A DNA stretch of 60,508 nt, counting the filler, from Dugesia japonica (taxonomy: Eukaryota): NCBI GenBank assembly GCA_001938525.1. It is 5 parts of 5 records of this genome, joined end to end, with 100 filler letters (N's around TTAATTAATTAA, not from the genome) between each part and the next. Parts side by side here need not be neighbours in the genome. Positions count along the whole stretch, not along the records: positions 1 to 23,342 come from MQRL01619403.1; 4 more parts are not named here. The stretch is one strand, 5' to 3'. The stretch's first letter is position 1. Each line of letters begins with the position of its first letter. The notes beneath the pieces were generated by a model that did not search any database, was not told the origin of the DNA, and saw only the letters and a list, made by a program, of their open reading frames with translations. Shown one piece after another: positions 1-12,300 of the stretch. The position numbers and the translations under genes are program-made.

Positions 1-685
1 AGGCTCTTCATATTTTTATGGAAAAATTTTTAAAGTTATGGTTTTAAAGGTTAAAGTTATAGTAATACTCATTGCACAACGCTTTTAATTATTAATAAAA
101 CATTTATAAGGTAATGATAATTAAAACAATAAAATAAATTAATTTGAACTTTTAATGCTCAATCCACCATACTTTTAAGTTTTTAATAAAATAAATAATG
201 TATAAAATTTTTTGTTAATTAAAACAAAAAAAAATTTATTTGAGGTCAATTGAAGTGTGAAATTTCACACACGTTTGTTTATTTTAAAGATGTGAAATTT
301 CACACCTCGGTGTCAATATCTATTGTTTACATTGAGGTGTGAAAGGTCACACCTAAGGTGTCAATTTCACAGTTTACATTATTTTTTTTTTTTTATTTTT
401 TTTATTTAATTTTTTTTACAAAATATTTATATAGTTTCAAAATTTTTAAAATTAAAAATTTAATATTTTAGTAACGACTGATGTTTTGTTTTAAAATTTT
501 GTGAAAGATTTTAAATGAAATTTCGATAACAAATAATTGTTTTCTTAAGTTTTCGAAGTATTTTAAATAAAGTTTTAATTTTAAATTTTAAATTTATTAG
601 AAAATAATTTCCAATTGAAGCAGGGTTTTAATATGTTTGTTACTTGAAACGAATTTGTGATTGGTTGATTATTATTGTTATTACA

Positions 686-723
<38 letters not shown>
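686..723. repeat. (ATT)n microsatellite abutting a PLE/hammerhead repeat copy
   Basis: ATT run followed directly by ttttacaattgcgattattgcgagaataattgttgga, a repeat that recurs across the window. Confidence 0.9.
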
Positions 724-724
<1 letters not shown>

Positions 725-900
725 TTACAATTGCGATTATTGCGAGAATAATTGTTGGACNTAACCATTGATCGTTTTTTAGAATTTATTTAAAATAAAA
801 GATTCAATCAAAAAAAAATTTTATTTGTTTTTTTAAATTGATTCGTTATTTCGACTTTGTCTTTGTCAGTAATTGACTTTTTTAATTTATTCAAGATTTA
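724..900 (-). repeat. Dispersed PLE terminal (pLTR-like) repeat, degenerate hammerhead copy
   Basis: Matches copies near 17140, 19245, 19700, 29000, 38000, 43060-43360 and 45875. Minus strand 841-874 reads aattaCTGACAAagacaaagtcGAAAtaacgaa (degenerate core). Confidence 0.7.
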
Positions 901-1059
901 TGTTTATAATAGAAAAAATTTTTGAATTCATTTATTTTTATTAAATTTTAATTCGTTAATTTTAATTCTTATTTTAAATTTTCTTGTTTGATTTAAGAAT
1001 AATTTCATTTTTATGAAGTTCATGAAAATTATAGCTAGAATTGGAGATAAATTATTACA

Positions 1060-1325
1060 CATTGCAAACAACCTTTTTGTTTAAAAAGGTTTTCACCGAT
1101 AAAATTGCTATCAGAGAAGAGACACAAATTGATAAGACATTTGCAATCATTTTTGGTGATTTTGGAATATCTCTATGTTCTTTGTATTTTTCAAAGAAGT
1201 TACTTACAATATCAATGACATTTTCAAGTCCTTCAATTGGAATTGATCCATATAGATTTGTTACATCTAATGAACCAAATTCATCATCACTTTTCCATTC
1301 ATAATTTTTACAAAGAAAATGTTCA
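1060..1325 (-). mobile_element. Penelope-like element reverse transcriptase fragment
   Basis: Minus strand reads YEWKSDDEFGSLDVTNLYGSIPIEGLENVIDIVS. SLDVxNLYxxIP is the PLE RT motif. The + ORF 1041..1304 is its antisense shadow. Confidence 0.75.
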
Positions 1326-1429
1326 GTTTTTCATTCTCAGTTTAATAGTTTAAAAATACTTAAAAAATTATTATTATTTTATTAAAATTTTAATTCATAA
1401 TTAATTATATAATTATATATTATTTTGAG

Positions 1430-2497
1430 AAACATGCATATTTGTACAACACACCTTATGAGAAATATGTTTAGTCTTTAATTCCTAGTTTAACTATACC
1501 CAATTTGTTTGGTTATTATAAGTATTCTCAGAGAAAATAATTTCTTTTATTTAAGATGTAGCATGGTAACCATCAAATTTCTATCTTTTAAACAAAATAT
1601 ATTTTTACAGCAAACCCTATACAAAATATTTTCAAAATTATATTCTGAATCGAATACTGTCAGGTTTATAACCATACGATACGCTTTGGTCGAGAAATTC
1701 GTAGATCAAGGTCAACTGATCTCGTGCGCTTTTTATCCCAGAGAGAAATATGTTCAGATTTTAATTTTGCGTTCAACGAAACTGAACTTTTTTGATTATC
1801 ATAAGTATTTCGCAAAGAAATAATTTTTCATCCTCGGTAAGACATGGCACCTGGCAATTTTCTATCTTTTAAACTAAGAATATTTCTACAGTAAACCATA
1901 TACATCAAATGTTTAGACTTTTATTCTGAATCAAACGGTATCATGTTCAAGACCATTTGATAAGGTCTGGCTGAGAAATTCGCAGATCAAGGTCGCAGAT
2001 CAAGTATCTCGCGAAAAAATAATTTTTCATCTGGCAATTTTTTATTTTTTGAACTATGCATATTTCTACAGCGAATTCTATATAAAATAGGTTCAGAATT
2101 TTCATGGTCATATGATAAGTTTTGGTTGAGAAGTTCGCAGATCAAGGTCGACTGATCCCGTGTGCTAAATCATTTTCTCAGAGAACCAAGCATATTCCTA
2201 TGGGGAAAATGGCAACTTTCATGTCATATACAAATCATATACAAGAAATGTTCAGCTTTTAATTTCTAGATCAACAATAACAAGTTTGAAATTGTACGAT
2301 AAAAATTGATCGAAAAATTCTGAACCGAAAATTTGAATTTTCAACATCTCCGTGACAAAATTCGACCGTTCTAACCGAAATTTGGAAAACATCTTTACGT
2401 ATTTGTAACGATTAATCAAAATATTACATTACCAGATCACTCAAATTACTAGATCACTTCGTCGGCGGGAGGAGGGTAAGCAATACCGGGTGCTAGT
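1430..2497 (+). mobile_element. Putative non-autonomous Helitron with internal ~200-280 bp tandem units
   Basis: Three imperfect units share gagaaattcgcagatcaaggtc (about 1690, 1972, 2128). The segment ends in a GC-rich short hairpin (ggta-agcaa-tacc) followed by CTAG|T at 2493-2497. Confidence 0.45.
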
Positions 2498-2499
2498 AT

Positions 2500-2834
2500 C
2501 CATTTACTTCGACAATAAAAGCAACAAGCCAGAAGACTTTGGGGACTAGTCCAGCAGAAGTGAAATTCATAAGAAAATACATAGAGAAAGAATTTTCAAT
2601 AATGGAGAAAAGAATAAAAAACCCGGTGAGTTGACACCAACAAAGATACATCTTCAAGTTGCATACGATGTGCTAATCAAGGTAGAAAACAGATAAAAAA
2701 ACAAAAGAAGATATACGGGTCCATACGAGGTGATAAAACAGATTCATGAAAGTTGATACCTGTTGAAGAGTTCAAAAGGCAAGATGATTGAAAGAAATGT
2801 GGAAAAGATTAAAAAAGGTTTAAGAGGAGGGATC
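2500..2834 (+). mobile_element. Ty3/Gypsy integrase C-terminal fragment with polypurine tract
   Basis: Reads RYTGPYEVIKQIHES*YLLKSSKGKMIERNVEKIKK (GPY/F motif), followed by the purine run aagaggaggga. Confidence 0.65.
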
Positions 2835-2859
2835 TAAAAATCATTAATTGATTTAAATA

Positions 2860-3727
2860 CAATGCCGTCAATATGTTTTGAGTCACCCCTATAATATCCA
2901 TAAAATGATGAAAATATATAATTATAAGTACTTTAATTTAGTCTATTTAAATATATCAACGAATATGTTAAAACACATGTTTCCAATCAAATATTTCCAA
3001 AGTAAAATTGTTGTAAATGTAGAAAATCCGATTTTCCAAAAAACATAACTTTTTAGGTCATTTTGAATACAAGAGTAAAAATTCAATAAAACATCTTTTA
3101 TTTACATTTCAAATGAGGAAAAACATTATAATAAATAGTTAACCTCATAAAAAATCAAGACACTCGAAATTAGTACTTTGTATTCATACCTTTATTTTTA
3201 ATTACCTCTTGAATTCTTCTTGGCATGCTTTCATAAAGATTTTTAATTTTAGATGTTAAAATCATCGTCCATTGCTCCTCGGAATTTTTCCACAGTGCCT
3301 CAATATTTGCTGGCTTACACATAGCAACTTTGGCTTTTAGGTCAGCCTACAATGGCTCAATTATATTCAGGTCTGGTGATTATGCCGGCCAATCAATGAG
3401 TACGCAGATTTTTTTCATGTCCATAAAAGAAGACATTAATCATGATTTATGGCATGGAGCTCCGTCTTATATTCTGTGCCTTATATATTGGCAACAAGCC
3501 TTTCTTTAATACATTCATGTAGGCATCAGAATTCATCCGATCCAGACATCTTATCAAAACTTTGGTACCATCTTCTTTGATTGTACCCCAAACCATCAAA
3601 CTATGTCCTCCAAATTTCACCGTTTTCATGGTATATTTTGGATTATACCTTGATCCTTGAGGTCTGTGGACATATTTTCTTCTTCAAGAGAACAGTTCTA
3701 TGCGACTTTCATCAGTAAAAATGACCT
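2860..3727 (-). mobile_element. Tc1-family DDE transposon, truncated, pseudogenised transposase
   Basis: Minus-strand motifs VIFTDESRIELF, KTVKFGGHSLMVWG, DGAPCH and IDWPA*SPDLNIIE. TA|caatgccgtcaatatgttttgagtcaccc at 2858 looks like a TIR end. Confidence 0.85.
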
Positions 3728-3779
3728 CATTCTAAAAAGAAGGAAGCACTTTGCTATAATTTTCGACAAAAAACAACTT

Positions 3780-4207
3780 AAAACCAATCAAAATTCGACC
3801 TCATCGACCTCACCGAGCAAATTCCTAAATAAAAAGCCTATAAAAAAATTCCCAACTTAATACACAGGAAAAAATCCATAGTCTGTTTAAAAAATTTGAC
3901 GAACAATAAAAAAAAGTTTTTGAACCATAAAAATTTTGAAGAAAAAATAATTTGAACCATAATTTTAATCATGGTTCACCAATTTAATAATAATAAAAAA
4001 TTTGAAGAACAAAAAATTTTAACCACAAAAAATTCCGGACCAAAAAAAATTTTAACCATAAAAAATTTCAGTAACAAAAATTTCAGTAACAAAAATTCAG
4101 TCACAAAAATTCAGTCACAAAAATTCAGTCACAAAAATTCGGTCACAAATCCCCCCCACCTCCACCTTTTTCTCTCCAGACAAATGCAAGTGCGCCGCTA
4201 TCTAACT
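3780..4207 (-). repeat. Repeat-rich terminal region, possibly a Polinton/Maverick TIR
   Basis: Tandem aaaaattcagtcac units (about 4060-4147) and a C-rich tract. The end reads AGTTAGATAGCGGCGCAC on the minus strand, similar to 35522 and 40441. Confidence 0.4.
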
Positions 4208-5399
4208 TTGCTATTAAGTACAATATTTTTAAAAAATATAATCGATATTTTTTAAATATTTTTTTTGAAAAATGTCTGAGATTATTTGTTTGAATATAAT
4301 GAATTATACTTCATCATTATTTTACTTCAATCAAAACACTTGTAATAATAAATAAAATTTATGGAGAGTTTTAAGGTATTGAATTTAACTAATAACATTA
4401 TCTTTAGTTAAACTAAAATTGGTTGCGTATAAAATAATGAAAATTTATTAGTTTTTTTTGCTTATATACTCAGTGTTTTTTAGTAGTAGTTCTTTAGGTG
4501 ATGTAAAGATACTTTTTAATTGTTCGTATAATAATACAAGTTTTACATAAAAGTTAAAAATTTTCTATCCTCTTTCCTTCGACGGCTAGGTGAGATATGG
4601 CTCTTTACGCAACATTCCTTTATGTCCGAAACGAAGCATGTTTCGCTAGTTGTACTTTAGGTAATGTATAGACAGTTTGTAATTTCCAGAACAATGCAAT
4701 TGGTTTCAAGTCTAAAATACTTTTATTGCGCGAGGTACATCATTTTGTGGTTTATTTTCTTTGTTCTTTATTACCGTTATATCACAATTTTTAGAAAACC
4801 CCTTTCTTCTAAAAATAGGTCAAGAAACTGTCCATTCAATAGAGAATGTTTTGCTGATTCTAAATATGTTAACTTAAAATCTCCAAATCGATGAAATAAA
4901 TGAGGTTTTGTGGTGAAAAAATCTTAAAAATCAGATTATAGCGGTAAGATTTCTGTTTGCAGATAACTGTTATCGACTCAAAATTACTTCTACTTTACTA
5001 AGGAGGAACAAATGACTGGGCAAAGTTAAAATATCGTCTACGGAAAAATGCTACCTAACGAATATGTACAGCTGTCCTCTCGGATTTGGTAACATCTTTC
5101 GAAAAAATCAAAAATAACCCAAAATTTAATTATTTATGTAAAAAATGGAATACTTCGTTGGATTTTCATTTTATATTTTAATAATACCTACCCGTATTTG
5201 TTTATAACGATGTCCATTTTCCGTTTACGTTCTTCACTTTCTTACCATACTGTTTCGAAAATTTCTTAAAAATGTTCAACTGTTTACTTTGTTTCCTCTT
5301 TCTACTCTTTTTCTATATTACAATACGCTTCTTTGTTTGTTTAACTATTTTCATTTGAGGAATACATTTTATCTGATCAACTACAAATTTTTGAAATTT

Positions 5400-5689
5400 A
5401 TTTAAGTATTTTTTTTATTAGCCTCCTGATACAGATAATCTACTACGATAACATCGCCCGGTTTCAATTTCTTGCTCCAATTAGAATCAAATCCCTATAT
5501 GATTTTCATTTTAATGTTGCAAAATTCTGATTGAGTCAACCCATGTTCTTCATCTGCACCTCTGTGCCTATATATTTTGTTAAATTTTGATTTAAATAAA
5601 TTTAATTTTAGTAACTTGCATACGAATAAGGTTTTTCAACTACCGCTTGGACCAACAATTTGATGAACAGCATCATTTCTCAACTCCAT
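5400..5689 (-). pseudogene. Polinton/Maverick A32-like packaging ATPase, N-terminal half
   Basis: MELRNDAVHQIVGPSGS*KTLFVCKLL (Walker A with GGA>TGA) ... KLKPGDVIVVDYLYQEA (Walker B). Close paralog at 50745-50925. Confidence 0.75.
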
Positions 5690-5919
5690 TTTATGTAACT
5701 TTATAATTTAATAAATTGTTTATAATGCTACTGCTCTTTGTTTAAAAAAATATATTAATTTTGTGAGTAATATGTATGCAATACAGTTGCAAGTTTAACA
5801 AAGACATTGCAACTTGTGAGCAACTAGAACAAAGAGCATGAGTCATGCTTGTGCAACATGAATGCAGGCTATAAACAAAGACAATTCAACATGAATGCAA
5901 GTATACAAAGAGCATGAGT

Positions 5920-8900
5920 AATGACATTCTTCTTTTCTGTATTCCATAATCATATCCAAATTACTTAAATAATTCATTGCGTTGTTCATTTAACTGTGAA
6001 AATACTCCATCAATTGTATCAAAGTTACCATTTGTATCTAGAATGAATTTTGTATAAATCCGGATAAATAAGTATGGGAGCCTTCATTAACTCTCGTTTT
6101 AAAGCTTCAAAGATTGTTTACATGGATTCGACTAAATTAATTTATTTTTATTGTTTCCATATAAACTTTCTAATATCTTCGAGTTTTTTGAATAATCTTT
6201 AATAAATTTTCTGTAATAATCTGTAAGCCATTTAAAAGCTTCGACGTTTTTTCAAACACTTAGGTTTTTCAAATTCTTTAATTGTTTTTATCTTTTTTGG
6301 ATCTATTTTTAAATGGTTTAAAATGTTATGTTTTTAAATGTAATGATATGACCCAGAAAACCTAATCTTTTCCCAATCTTTTTGTATGCTCTTTCTCAGT
6401 TTTAGAAAAAATCAGTATTTCATCAAGATAAACAATTGCTTCCTTTCAATTTAATGTTTCTAACACTTTCCTCATTAATTTTTGAAATGTTGCTGGTGCC
6501 GCAGCTATTCCAAATTTCATTCGGTTGAAGCGATATTGACCAAACTTTGTAGAAAATGCCCTTTTGTATTTTGAGCTTTCCTCTAATTCTTCTTGGTAAT
6601 ATGCATTACTTAAATCAATCGTTTTAAAATATTTTGACGATTCAAAATGTCAAGAATTTCTCCTATATTTGGTATTGAAAGCAATGGTCTCTCCGTTATA
6701 TTATTCAATGATCAAAATCCAAGCAAATTCTAATGTCTTTTTTCTCTTTCTTCCAAACACAAACTAATGGAATATTCCATTCAGAATCACATTGTTTTAT
6801 TATACCATTTTCATCATTTTCTAAAATAACCTTATTAACTTTACCTTTTAAATGAATAGGTTGTTGCCTAGGATTTACTTTAACTAGACCACCGTGGGTA
6901 ACAATTTCATGTTTTAATAGTATTGTCTTACCTACATTCCATTTATCTTTCATAATAATTTCTGAAAATCGTTCAATTATTTCACTAATATTTTTATTCA
7001 GTTCATTTTTAAAGTTTATAGTTTTTATTTTTAATATTTCTTTATCACTATAATATAGGATTTTTAATTTGATATTAAATTTAGATAAAAATTCAATTCC
7101 TGCAATAACACCTGAAGAAATATTTTCTGCAACATAAAACTTAATATATTCTATTTGCTTATTAAGTGTAATTTTTAGTATAATACTTATTATTATTTTT
7201 AGTGGACTTTCGGTATCACAAGTAACATTAATATATTCACTTTTACTTTTAGTAATATTTAATTTTAAAAATATTGCATTATCAATCACATTAATCTTAG
7301 CGCCAGTATCAAGTAAACAATCAACATTTAATTCGTTATTTAATTTTAACTTTAAACATGGTCTTCTTGACATTTTATTATACACAACTAATTATAATTA
7401 TCATAATTATTTATTAAATTTACATTATTTAAATTTTTATTTCAAACTAAAACATCATTAGAAATAAAAATGTTATCTATAAAATATTCTAAAGTTTTTT
7501 TTAAATAAATCATCAATCAATAAATATTTACATTCATTCAAACAAAGTTTAAAATTTTCATTATATACATGAAACCAACATTCACAAGCATTCATATCGC
7601 ATGCATTAGTGCTCAAAACATTATTATCTAACCTAGATTTATTGCTCCATCTGCATCTTCTCTCATCAGAGCTTTGGTATTTCCCGAATTATCCTTTTGA
7701 TCTACTCAATCACTGGTATAAGCATAAGCATTGTTAGTTTTATTTGGTTGTTTCATTTAAATCAACTTAAATAAAACCTTTGATCGAATATTTTATTTAA
7801 AATACAAATAATTCTTCTTTGAAATTCTTGTTGCTTTTTGAACACTTCTTCCAACCATTGTCTTTCCCAATTTATATTTTTAAATAATAATATGCTTAAA
7901 CAAATTTATTATATTTATTAAAAATATATTTTGTAAATATAAAACATTCGAATTTAAAATAATTTAAAAATAAAACGATAAAATCTAATTATTAAACTTG
8001 TCACTAAATATTTACATTTAAAACTTTTGTAAAAAAATATCTTTTTAGTAAAGCTTTACATTTATATTTCAAATTTACATTTAAAAATTTAAACTAATAA
8101 ACATTGATTTTAATAAAAACCTTATTGCATTAAAATTTAAACATATTTAGGAATTTTTAAAATTACCTAACAATCATGATAGACATTTATTTGAAATCTT
8201 CATGGCTTGTTGAAAATTTGTCTTCTTTCTGCTCTCAAAGGATTAATTTCATGGTATTGAAATCGGAGATGCCCTGGATTCTTACAATGCGAACATTTAA
8301 CATTATGACGTTGTGAGCGTATGTGACCTTCTCTGCCTGTCCAACATTTTCTCACTCTGAAAAACTGAACATTGGGTTCATAATTTCTTCTCATAAAATT
8401 TCCGGTATTTCTTCGATATATTTTGGAATCATATTTTTGACCGTAATTTTTATTTTGTTTTAAATTTCCATTGAATCTTGGTTTATTAAATCTATTATTT
8501 GAATTTGGAATTTCTCACTTTTGTTGCGTATGTAACTTTTTTTTCAACGTCGATATCCATATTCTGGTTCCATTTCTTTTTTCAATCCATCGATTTTAAT
8601 AATAACTTCTTTCATTTTTCATATCTTTTATATCTCCCATTTTTATTTCCTTTTTGACTTCTTTATTGTTCATTGAATTTTGTAAAAGGAATATGACGAG
8701 TTTTTCCTTCGTAAACTGGTGACACAGAATATTATCTGCTAATTTTTCAACTTTTGAAAAAAAATGAAATTGAGAATTCATTTAGTCTACGATATTTCAA
8801 GGCATTATTTAGATCTCTACTAAGGTCTCCATGCTCTGAAAATGCTTCTCTACAAAGTGTTTCGAAATTTTCAATGTATGAATTGACTGCTTCATATAAT

Positions 8901-9072
8901 TTGACTGCGTCCGTTGTCATAAAAGCTTTTATAATTATTTTCTTTAACGAATTCGAAGTTATAGAAATTTCAAAAAATCTGTTTGCTTCTTCACTAAATT
9001 CATCAACATTTCCTCCTATCTCGAAAATCTTGGATATTGGAATCCACGAGTTCAGGATTGGCGTGGTTGCCA
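5920..9072 (-). mobile_element. Ty3/Gypsy LTR retrotransposon internal region (gag-pro-RT-RNaseH), decayed
   Basis: Gag with two degenerate CCHC knuckles (CWTGREGHIRSQ; CSHCKNPGHLRFQ). Protease LLDTGA (ORF 6705..7385). RT motifs IRICLDF, RFNRMKFGIAAAPATFQ and YLDEIL. RNaseH FILDT. Multiple stops and frameshifts. Confidence 0.9.
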
Positions 9073-9303
9073 TGTTGGTCTTGAAAAACGAATTAAGCAT
9101 AAAATATATATTCAAAAACAAAATGACATTGTAACAAATATTTATAGCTATTGAGGAATCAGTTATGCAATAATGTCTGAGCACTAAAATCATACACACA
9201 TTCAAACAGTCAATCACGCATTCACATATTATCACATTCATATGCCGATTTACTTATATTAAGGTTAATATAAAAATATTATATTATTCTTAGTCATATC
9301 TCA
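9073..9303 (-). repeat. Probable 5' LTR of the Gypsy element; PBS at 9060-9072
   Basis: Minus strand runs TGAGATAT...accaaCA, followed immediately by TGGCAACCACGCC (a TGG-initiated primer-binding site). Confidence 0.55.
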
Positions 9304-12300
9304 TATAGAGATTCAATATCTTTGGTTAAAAAAACGTCAAAATAATGTAAAAGTACATAATACTAATAAATAAAAATAATCATAATAAATAATAATGAAA
9401 ATGAAAAATTATAATAAAAAGTGGTTATTATTTTATAAAATTTTTTATTATAAATTTAATAATACAAATTATGTCTTTTCAAAAGAAGTTTAAAACATGT
9501 AAATAGTTTATTTAAAATGGTAATGAATATTAAAGAAAATATTAATTATTAATTAGTTGTAAGGTAATTATTGCAATATTGTCTTTATTGAAAATAGTTT
9601 CTTGATTTTTTGAATTGTAAAAGTGATTAATTTTACGAAAACCACTGCTTATATACTTGTTGCGATGCATACTCGTTATTTGGCATTTTCTATTTGAAAT
9701 TACCTGTTTTAAAGAATATGATTGATTGATGTTTTTATAATTGCATATAATTCGTTTTAAATGATATAATTTGTTATATAAATAAGACATGTTTTTTAAA
9801 ATAAAATTAACATTTTTGAAAAGTAAATTCCTAACTTTGAAAATTACTTTGAATTCGTAGCTCCAGAGGGAAATATTTTTCAAAATGAAGATATTGCAAA
9901 ATTAATTGAAGACATGGATAAAAGAAAAGGTCATAAAGACATAATAGACGAAGAAAATGTCATTCATGAAAAACAAATATTAGATGATCAAAATGGAGAA
10001 GTGACTTATGATTACAATCATCAGGAACCATTGAAGAAAACCATTGAGAAAAACGCTTTAATGGAGAACTAATAGATAATTTTTAAGGACAGGATTTAAT
10101 TTCATGTTTATTTTTTGAATAATTTTTTATTTTAGAATAAGCAAGGCAATAAGCAAGACAATAAGCAAGATAGTCAACAAAAAACTTCTAAAGTTCAATG
10201 AAGAATGCAACGATATGAATTCGGAAGATTATTGGGATCATGTTTTCGGAAGAACTTGTATAGGAATTGACCACATAACATATGCTTTTATTCTAGAACT
10301 TCAATTCAAGTTTCAATGCAATTTTTTAATTTACCCAAAACAATAGAATATACTTATAAATCATTTTAGAAATCGAAAGCTGCACAACTGCAGCACATTA
10401 TACATACCCCAGGAGCTTAAACTGCCCAAAAAAAAATCTATAGACTGTCCAAATAAGAAATCTCTAGACCTTTTGAACAAAAATCTTAAAAAATCACCAT
10501 ACACTTTTTTGAAACCTTGATTTTTAAAGATTCACACACACATACACTGGAAAAATTCAAACCATACTTTTCCCCTTAGAATTTGCTCATAGAATTAATA
10601 TTAGATGAGAAATTTCTAAACCAAAGTCAGAGTGGTTTAGTGCTGAACACCATTTTCCAGAAAACCAATCATATTTTGATATGAAACTTTATATTTCAAA
10701 TAAAGAACTTTTAATTCTGTTGGGGTGAAACACCCGTTTAAAAAAAAGAGGAGGAAGGAAATAAAGCAAAAAACCCCAAAATCAGCAAAGAAGAACGGCA
10801 GGACAATTATATTTACCCATAATGAAATCCAAAAAGGAAAAGTAATTATGATCTAGGAAGATTATAGTGAAATAACCATTAGAAAAGAATTGGAAATTAA
10901 TATGACAAACCGGATGACATAAAACTAACTTACATCGGTATTGGAATTAAAAAGAATTAGTAAATTCATAAGGAAAATCAAGAAAATCATTATGGGAAAA
11001 TAATCAATCAACAGAAAAAATATTAATTAATTTTAAAATAAAAAGAAGTAAAATTAGTTAAAAATCAGTTTTACCCGAATAACTCCGTTCAGGAAAATCA
11101 AGGAGAATCCGGGTAAGGAAATTCAGAATGAAAATAACAAGAAGCATTAAAATTTGTTAAGAAGAAAATCTTACCACCATCCAGAGGGTTGTTGCAGGGT
11201 TTTCAAGATCGAACCAATCAGATACCTAAAAAATAAAAGTAAAACAAGGAAAGAACCATCACATGACCCTCCAGAAATAATCACCAATCAGAGTTCTAAA
11301 ACTCTGAAAACGAAAGTTTTGGAAACATGACACCAACACCAATAAAAATCTAAGATTTCAAGTTAAAAATAGTACCCAATGACAATGATGCCGGGTTGCA
11401 TCGGAAACCAGTATAAAAGGAATCCTGATTTTAGTTAAAAAACAAACAACCAAAACTCTCACAAAAACAACTGAATAAATTTTACGCCCTAACTAATTAT
11501 CGTGCTCCACAAGTATATTAATTTTTCAACTCAAATCGAAATTAATCTATCAATCAAGAATAATTACCACTTCTCATCATAAACGAGTGAAGAACCTGTT
11601 AACTGAACCTTCCACCTGACAAAGCCAACAAAACAAGAATATCTTATTTACTAGCCAAGAAATCGTCTCGCACCGTTGCCGAAAATTGTCTCTCAATTAA
11701 TAAAATAAAACTAAAATGTTTATTTCATTGTATGATTATATTTATCAATAATTTAACGAAAAAATTTTATTTTATTTTTTTTATTAAATATAGACATCGA
11801 TAAGATAAAACCTGAGGAAATTTTTACTCAAATCATATTCGACCAATGAATGGTCCATAAGATTCTTGTTATAATCCGTTCTGTCCAAAATCCACTTAAT
11901 TTGGCAACTCTCACTGAGATTTTTTGTCAACAAGATAATTTTCCTTTATTGCGCAACGATTAACGTAAATCATGAGATCAACGCTAAAGATCCACTTCGG
12001 TATGAACTCACGAACTAGAAAACCCTTGGTTTCAAAAATGTCGCTGGTAAGCCGTTGTGTCATCAGGATCAATGTGGTTATCCCATATTACTTTTTGGTC
12101 GCAACAGTCACTAAATAAATTCCATTTTTTTTAGTATGATTAAAATCCATTCGACTTAGACTGTGTTGTGAGTAATTTTATCAATGTTCGGCAACCAATG
12201 AATTTTTCTATAATAACGAAAATGGAAATTCTGCTCAGGATAGCGTACACACACTCTCAATATATCATGCCGATGCATAGCTCTCAGTATGACACGCCTT

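Noticed and set aside
240-380. Repeated tgtgaaatttcacac palindromes
   Set aside because: Probably a transposon subterminal region. No partner end or TSD is visible, so it cannot be classified.
1041-1304. Plus-strand 87-aa ORF
   Set aside because: Antisense shadow of the PLE RT fragment.
3971-4255. 94-aa ORF
   Set aside because: Translation of short tandem repeats.
7560-7880. Possible nested second Gypsy 3' end/LTR piece
   Set aside because: Only weak similarity to the LTR; boundaries cannot be supported.
9850-11300. Possible LINE remnant (CCHC-like and QSGL/F traces)
   Set aside because: Too degenerate to assign.
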